Assembly (NCBI GenBank): GCA_030614005.1
Contig: JAUWKS010000096.1
Span: forward strand, 1-8,852
DNA from: Candidatus Heimdallarchaeota archaeon
GTDB taxonomy: Archaea > Asgardarchaeota > Heimdallarchaeia > JABLTI01
Reading direction: 5' to 3'
Length of the DNA stretch: 8,852 bases
The position numbers were made by a program, and so were the translations under genes. Below the pieces are notes generated by a model. The model saw only the letters and a list, made by a program, of their open reading frames with translations, made no database searches and had not been told where the DNA came from. Below are positions 1-5,295 of this stretch, piece by piece. Each line of letters opens with the position of its first letter. Positions within the stretch are counted from its first letter, which is position 1.

Positions 1-47
1 TAGCTAAAGAGGTTACTGAAAGTATTGTCCTTTATTTAAAAGAATAG
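1..47 (+). CDS. Possible 3' end of an upstream gene (partial, ...AKEVTESIVLYLKE*)
   Basis: The frame starting at 3 is open from the window edge to TAG at 45-47 and encodes a helix-like peptide. It is too short to assign. Confidence 0.3.
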   Translation, partial: AKEVTESIVLYLKE

Positions 48-228
48 TTGAACAATTAGCCATTCGTACAGCTATTCTAAGAGGCATTTAAAAAGAAGAC
101 AGGGTATTGAATTGTAGGAGAATCACTATGCAAAATTATTGACATTTCTATGAAAAAAGATTCTTGCTTTTTTTCTTTGACTGTGGAAAATTTAAATATT
201 AGTTAACGAAATGATATCATAACAAACA

Positions 229-701
229 GAGAAGTTTCTTGAAGCAAAGAATATTGATGAGTATCTTGCAGAAAGGCATGCCAATTTTATAAAGACATTA
301 GAAAAGCACCGAGACTAACAAACATTATTTTGTACTCAGGAAGTTGATGATGAAGTTGTAGAGCATGTGAAGAATAATGCACAAATTGAAGGTGGAACAA
401 GAAAGGGTAATATTCTTTATGCAGAAAAAATTCCTTATATGACAAAAAAATTCCTAAATGAAACAGATGAGAATATGAAAAAGCATTTCTACTGTCATTG
501 TGTGTGGGTTAGAGAAGCCTTGAAAACGGGAGAAGTAAATGTGCCATCAAAGTTTTGTAAATGTAGTGCCGGTTACTATAAGAATCAATGGGATGTAATA
601 TTGGATCAAACAGTTGAAGTTGAGGTATTAGAAACAATTCTAGATGTTTATTTGCAATACACCTCCCTGAAGAAGTTGTCAAACAAGCAGAGAAGAAGTA
701 A
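229..701 (+). pseudogene. Disrupted Cys-rich protein gene (DUF6144-like, from memory); the computed ORF 367..726 is only its middle fragment
   Basis: The frame of ORF 367..726 continues upstream as EKFLEAKNIDEYLAERHANFIKTLEKHRD*QTLFCTQEVDDEVVEH, with an in-frame TAA at 316-318. The core has YCHCVWVREALK...FCKCSAGYYKNQWDVIL...VEVEVLETIL. The family-typical end RCLFAIHLPEEVVKQAEKK* lies in a different frame (642-701). More stops occur upstream (TAA 193-195, 220-222). Confidence 0.7.
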
Positions 702-819
702 TCATGTAAGTGTTTCTTTCAAGTGAAAGAGCAAGGTGTCAATAATATTGTCGAATAATCATTTACTGTATAAAACAGCAAAGATTTAGTATTCAAATTG
801 TAATGTAGTATTGCTCATT

Positions 820-2079
820 ATGAAGATAGAAAATTATGAAGCAAAATCCCTAGTTCGACAGGGAGGAGTATCCATTTTTTCTTGGGCGGAAACATATCTC
901 AACCCATATCAAGGGTGCTATCATAATTGTGTTTACTGTGATGGAAAATCGGAACAGTATTATATGCACGAAGATTTTGGAGAACGAGTACGAGTAAAAA
1001 CGAATGCTCCAGAACTATTGATAAAATTCTTGAAGAAGAATGGTTTTAGTTCGGTCCATAGCAAAAAGCAATTTTCTATCTACGATTTTTTACCATCATT
1101 AAAGAAAGATGCAAAATCACACACAAAACCTAAATCAATAATTACTATCGGTGGAGGAGTTTGTGATGTTTATCAGCCGGCTGAAAAAGAAGTAAAAATG
1201 ACTCGTAAATTACTTGAAATAATTTATGATTACCAATTGCCTCTTTGGATTCTCACAAAAAACAAACTCGTTCTTAGAGATATTGATTTGATAAAAAAGA
1301 TCAATAAAGAATCGTATGCTTGTGTTAATTTTACTATAACATTGGCAGATGAACGAGCACGCAAAGTATTCGAACCTAGAGCTAGTTCTTCCAAAGAACG
1401 ATTTGAAGCGATCAAAATTCTCCGAAAAGAAGGCATAAATTCAGGCATCTATTTTTATCCCTGTCTCCCATTTATAGGTGACACAGAAGATAACGTTAGC
1501 TCAATTTATCAAAGAGCAAAGGAAGTAAATGCACAATTTGTTAACTGTGCAGGATTAACTTTGAAACCGGGTAGAAGCAAAAACGAATTTATGGATGCTT
1601 TACGTGTAAACTATCCGGATATTTACCAAAAATATAAGCAACTTTACGGTAATGACAACAAGTATGGCAATCTTGACTATGACCAATTTAAGAAACTGAA
1701 TTTAGTTTGGCCTGAAATCAAAGGATACAAATATGGATATGAATTAGGGATTTCCTTCGTTGCCGATAGATATGTACCAGATGGGAGAATAGAAACAAAT
1801 CTTAAAATTGCTGAGCTTTTATTAAAAATTTCTTATATTAAAAGAAATGTCATTCATGATTCGAAATTTGAGATACAAGATTTTAACAAAGCAGCTCATA
1901 TAGTAGAAAATTCAACACGAGATTTCGGTTTATTAGTGGATGATGAATTTAGTGAAATCCCTACAAGTAAATTAGTGAAATCAATTATTCAAGAATATGT
2001 AGAACAGGGAAAAAGCAGTTATTTACAGAACCTTGAGAAAAAAGCCTATGAACATGTAATGAATAAATATTACAGTTAA
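820..2079 (+). CDS. Radical SAM protein, spore photoproduct lyase-like (SplB/COG1533, Rv2578c/PA0069-type), with a C-terminal helical extension
   Basis: CxxxCxxC motif in NPYQGCYHNCVYC (Cys codons 916-939). Family blocks DVYQPAE, ILTKN, RDIDL and FEPRASS..ERF are present. ATG at 820 is preferred over TTG at 811. Stop TAA at 2077-2079. Confidence 0.9.
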   Translation: MKIENYEAKSLVRQGGVSIFSWAETYLNPYQGCYHNCVYCDGKSEQYYMHEDFGERVRVKTNAPELLIKFLKKNGFSSVHSKKQFSIYDFLPSLKKDAKSHTKPKSIITIGGGVCDVYQPAEKEVKMTRKLLEIIYDYQLPLWILTKNKLVLRDIDLIKKINKESYACVNFTITLADERARKVFEPRASSSKERFEAIKILRKEGINSGIYFYPCLPFIGDTEDNVSSIYQRAKEVNAQFVNCAGLTLKPGRSKNEFMDALRVNYPDIYQKYKQLYGNDNKYGNLDYDQFKKLNLVWPEIKGYKYGYELGISFVADRYVPDGRIETNLKIAELLLKISYIKRNVIHDSKFEIQDFNKAAHIVENSTRDFGLLVDDEFSEIPTSKLVKSIIQEYVEQGKSSYLQNLEKKAYEHVMNKYYS

Positions 2080-2086
2080 TTTTTGT

Positions 2087-2114
2087 AAACTACATTGATA
2101 TTAGTAGTTTTTTT
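2087..2114 (+). terminator. Candidate terminator of the radical SAM gene
   Basis: AAACTAC (2087-2093) and GTAGTTT (2104-2110) form an inverted repeat running into a T7 tract (2108-2114), just after the stop codon. Confidence 0.4.
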
Positions 2115-2116
2115 GT

Positions 2117-2130
2117 AAAAAGTTTATATA
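2117..2130 (+). promoter_or_regulatory. Archaeal-type promoter (BRE + TATA box) for the acyltransferase gene
   Basis: Purine-rich AAAAAG (2117-2122) lies immediately 5' of TTTATATA (2123-2130), about 80 nt upstream of the GTG start. Confidence 0.55.
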
Positions 2131-2198
2131 TTTTCAAGAGCTTGTTGGAAAAATCCCGACAATATACTAATTATCAATTACTATTATTATACCTTTAC

Positions 2199-2204
2199 AG
2201 GAGA
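2199..2204 (+). promoter_or_regulatory. Shine-Dalgarno site
   Basis: AGGAGA lies 8 nt upstream of GTG 2213 and supports that start. Confidence 0.6.
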
Positions 2205-2212
2205 TAAGAGAA

Positions 2213-3304
2213 GTGACCAATGAAAATAGTGAATATATTATAGAACAATTTACGATTGAAAAAGAGAATTTCGATGAGCTTGCAAAGCTAATCACTCAAG
2301 CTTTCTTAAGTGATGAAACAGCAATTCAAGAAGGAGCATCAGTCGCTTTTTCAGAAGCAACGTTCAACATGATGTACGGGGCCCCGTCTATTGACAAAGA
2401 TCTATTCATAAAAGCAACTCATAAACCAACAGGGCAAATTGTGGGATTCTTAGGAGGGATACCTCGAAAACTTTCAATTCTAGGTAAAACCTACAAATTT
2501 GCTATACCATCTTGGTTAAGTGTCCATTCCCAACACCAAAGGAAAGGATTAGCAAAAGGAATGGGAAAGAAGCTATTTGAAATCGGCAACAAACTAGGTT
2601 ACGACGGAGGGTTTTCTTTTCATGAACCTCAACAATATGGACTAGATGTTTCCGTTGCTGTTGCCAGAGATTTGAAAATTCCATTCCAAAGAATTATCAA
2701 ACTAACTCAATTTGTAATCAAATCCTTTAATGTGAATGAAGTTTCCAAAGTAGTAAGATTGCGATGGTATGAAAAATTAGTTTTTAAAATGTTTCAAAAA
2801 TACAAAAAAATCGATTCGGAACATATAAGAAAATATCAAGAAAAAGATATCCAAGATATGTTTGAAATCATCCAGGAACAAGTGAGTCGCAATGAGATAT
2901 CCATAGTTCCTGAACTTGATGATTTGAAATGGACACTAAGTAACCCTGGTGTCAATTGTGTTGTTCATGAAGATGATAATGGAAAAGTAAAAGGATTCAT
3001 GTTAGCTTGGGAGTTTATCCTAGCAGGCATGGGAAATAAATTACCATTCGGGTGGCTTGATATGGTTCATATTCATCGATTGACAACAAAAGAAGCAGGA
3101 GATTTAGCAAACTATCTTTGCCAAACTTCTGAAGAACATGGTTGGTATGGTTTACAAACACCATACATTCCATATTTTGATATGAAACCTTTGAAAGCTG
3201 CTAAATTCTTTTTCTTCGGCAAGGAAATCAACCTTGATCTTTTCAACATGAATAATGTGCCAATACCTGAGAAAGTAGAAACGGTTTATTTTGATTGGCG
3301 ATAA
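2213..3304 (+). CDS. Tandem-GNAT acyl-CoA N-acyltransferase, N-myristoyltransferase-like architecture
   Basis: GNAT motif A is present ([17 protein letters not shown]), followed by a second GNAT repeat ([10 protein letters not shown]...[13 protein letters not shown]). The gene has an SD and GTG start, and stops at TAA 3302-3304. Similarity to NMT is by manual alignment (see findings). GNAT membership is secure; the NMT-like call is less so. Confidence 0.8.
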   Translation: [363 protein letters not shown]

Positions 3305-3358
3305 AAAAATCAATAATTGCTCGAGAAAGTATTTTTGACACTTTCTCTGCAATTTTTT
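3303..3358. terminator. Candidate bidirectional terminator hairpin between convergent genes
   Basis: AATTGC-TC-GAGAAAGT-(9-nt loop)-ACTTTCTC-T-GCAATT (3315-3354), followed by a T tract on + (to 3358) and preceded by A6 (3303-3308), which is a T tract on -. Confidence 0.55.
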
Positions 3359-3390
3359 CTCATTGTAAACGGATTTGCTGTTAATACACC

Positions 3391-5295
3391 TTATTCATTT
3401 GATTGTTGTGCAATAGGTTGAGAAGAGTTGTTAACGACATCAAATTGGCTGTTATGTAGCTCAGCATAGAATCCATCTTTCTCGAGTAATTCTTTATGAG
3501 TACCTTGTTCTACAATATCCCCATCATCCATTACGAGAATAAGATCAGCATTTCTAATTGTTGATAAGCGATGAGCGATAACAAAACTTGTTCTATTCTT
3601 CATCAAATCGTCCATTGCTCTCTGGATTAGAATTTCAGTTCGAGTATCTACTGAACTAGTTGCTTCATCTAATATTAGAATAGGGGGATCAGCTAATACA
3701 GCTCGTGCAATTGTTAGCAGTTGTTTCTGTCCTTGTGAGATGTTTGTCACTTCTTCATTAATTTCCATATCATATCCACCAGGTAGTGCATGTACGAATT
3801 TATCAACATGGGCTGCTTTTGCAGCTGCTTTTACTTCTTTATCAGAAGCATTTAGACGTCCATACCGAATATTCTCCAGTATTGTTCCGTTAAACAGCCA
3901 CGTATCCTGAAGAACCATGCCAAAATTATCACGCAAATCGTAACGTGTTACTTCTCGAATATCAACACCATCTACCAAAATTGCTCCATCACTCACATCA
4001 TAAAAACGCATAAGGAGTTTAACCATGGTAGTTTTTCCTGCTCCTGTTGGACCAACTAAAGCTATTTTTTGTCCTGGTTTTGCTATAGCAGAAAAATTAT
4101 GGATAATTGTCTTATCTTTGTGATAACCAAAATTAACCTTTCTAAATTCTACAAGACCAGTAACATTTTCAAATTTGAGAGGATCGGTAGGATCGGCAAT
4201 TTCTTCAGATTCACCTAGAAATGCAAACACTCTTTCTGAAGCTGCAGCAGTTTGTTGCAGAACATTAGATGCACTAGCAAGCTGCCCAAGAGGTCGAGTG
4301 AATGAACGCACATATTGAATGAAAGCTTGAACATCACCTATCGTAATGGCACCTTGGCTAGTTAAATAACCACCAAAGATTGCAACAGCAACGTATCCCA
4401 AGTTACCAATAAAAGTCATCATTGGCATCATTAATCCTGAAAAGAATTGGGATTTCCATGCAGATTTGTGTAGAGTATTGTTGTATTTTGTGAATGTTTT
4501 GAGGCTCTGTTCTTCACCATTAAATGCTTTCACAATTAAATGTCCACCGAACATCTCTTCTACGTGACTATTCACGTGACCTAAGTATTCCTGTTGTTGA
4601 TTGAAATGCTTTTGTGATCTTTTTACAATAAAAGCTATCATCAATCCAGATATTGGAATCACTACCATGACGACCAAAGTTAGCTTCCAGCTGATAGTAA
4701 ACATCATAACAAGTACACCAATAACAGTTACTATAGATGACATTATTTGTGTGATACTTTGGCTCAAGGTTTGGTTGATTGTGTCTACATCATTAGTTAA
4801 TCGTGAGAGTATTTCACCATGGGTAGTAGTATCATAAAACTTGAGTTTCATTCGATTCATTTTTTCTGAAACATCTTTTCGTAATCGATATGCTATATCT
4901 GTTGAAACTTTGGCCATTATCCAACCCTGGATGTAGGACAAAAGTGCTGATGCTCCATATAGTGATAATGTTATCAACATTATTTTACCAATATAATCAA
5001 AATCAACTGAACCCGTTCCTCGAATAGAAGCCATCAATCCTTCAAATAGCTCTGTAGTAGCTCTTCCTAGGATTTTGGGACCAACAATATTAGCTGCAGT
5101 AGAAGCTATAGCGATCAGAATGGCAATTATTATTATTGTTTTATATCGACCTAAATATCTGATCAGTTGAAGCATGGTTCCTTTGAAGTCTTTTGCTTTT
5201 TCACCACCTCGCATCATACCACCCATTGGTCCTCCTCGTCTAGGACCACGTTGGGGTTGCTTTCGAGCACCATTTTGATTGTGATTGTTGCTCAT
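3391..5295 (-). CDS. ABC exporter permease/ATP-binding subunit, TM288-like (canonical-catalytic subunit of a heterodimeric multidrug-type exporter)
   Basis: N-terminal transmembrane domain, Walker A GPTGAGKT, Q-loop MVLQ, signature ISQGQ, Walker B ILILDE and H-loop IAHR. SD GGAGG lies within 5301-5307. ATGA overlap with the upstream gene at 5292-5295. Confidence 0.95.
   Translation of the reverse strand: MSNNHNQNGARKQPQRGPRRGGPMGGMMRGGEKAKDFKGTMLQLIRYLGRYKTIIIIAILIAIASTAANIVGPKILGRATTELFEGLMASIRGTGSVDFDYIGKIMLITLSLYGASALLSYIQGWIMAKVSTDIAYRLRKDVSEKMNRMKLKFYDTTTHGEILSRLTNDVDTINQTLSQSITQIMSSIVTVIGVLVMMFTISWKLTLVVMVVIPISGLMIAFIVKRSQKHFNQQQEYLGHVNSHVEEMFGGHLIVKAFNGEEQSLKTFTKYNNTLHKSAWKSQFFSGLMMPMMTFIGNLGYVAVAIFGGYLTSQGAITIGDVQAFIQYVRSFTRPLGQLASASNVLQQTAAASERVFAFLGESEEIADPTDPLKFENVTGLVEFRKVNFGYHKDKTIIHNFSAIAKPGQKIALVGPTGAGKTTMVKLLMRFYDVSDGAILVDGVDIREVTRYDLRDNFGMVLQDTWLFNGTILENIRYGRLNASDKEVKAAAKAAHVDKFVHALPGGYDMEINEEVTNISQGQKQLLTIARAVLADPPILILDEATSSVDTRTEILIQRAMDDLMKNRTSFVIAHRLSTIRNADLILVMDDGDIVEQGTHKELLEKDGFYAELHNSQFDVVNNSSQPIAQQSNE

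Noticed and set aside
316-318. In-frame stop as possible recoding (selenocysteine, pyrrolysine or alternative code)
   Set aside because: The codon is TAA, not TGA or TAG, and intact genes here use TAA as a true stop (2077-2079, 3302-3304, 3391-3393, 7565-7567). The same gene also has a frameshift, which indicates decay.
635-650. Programmed ribosomal frameshift in the Cys-rich gene
   Set aside because: There is no slippery heptamer or downstream stimulator, and conserved residues appear to be missing at the junction, which fits a deletion.
1230-1448. 72-aa minus-strand ORF
   Set aside because: Antisense shadow of the radical SAM gene, with no recognisable motif or RBS.
2502-2684. 60-aa minus-strand ORF
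   Set aside because: Antisense shadow inside the acyltransferase gene.
3152-3352. 66-aa minus-strand ORF
   Set aside because: It overlaps the acyltransferase 3' end antisense and starts within the terminator hairpin, with no coding signature.
5206-5295. RGG-like low-complexity N-terminus of the 634-aa subunit (RGPRRGGPMGGMMRGG) as an RNA-binding motif
   Set aside because: Gly/Pro/Met-rich leaders preceding EKAKDFKGT are common in this exporter family, so no special function can be supported.
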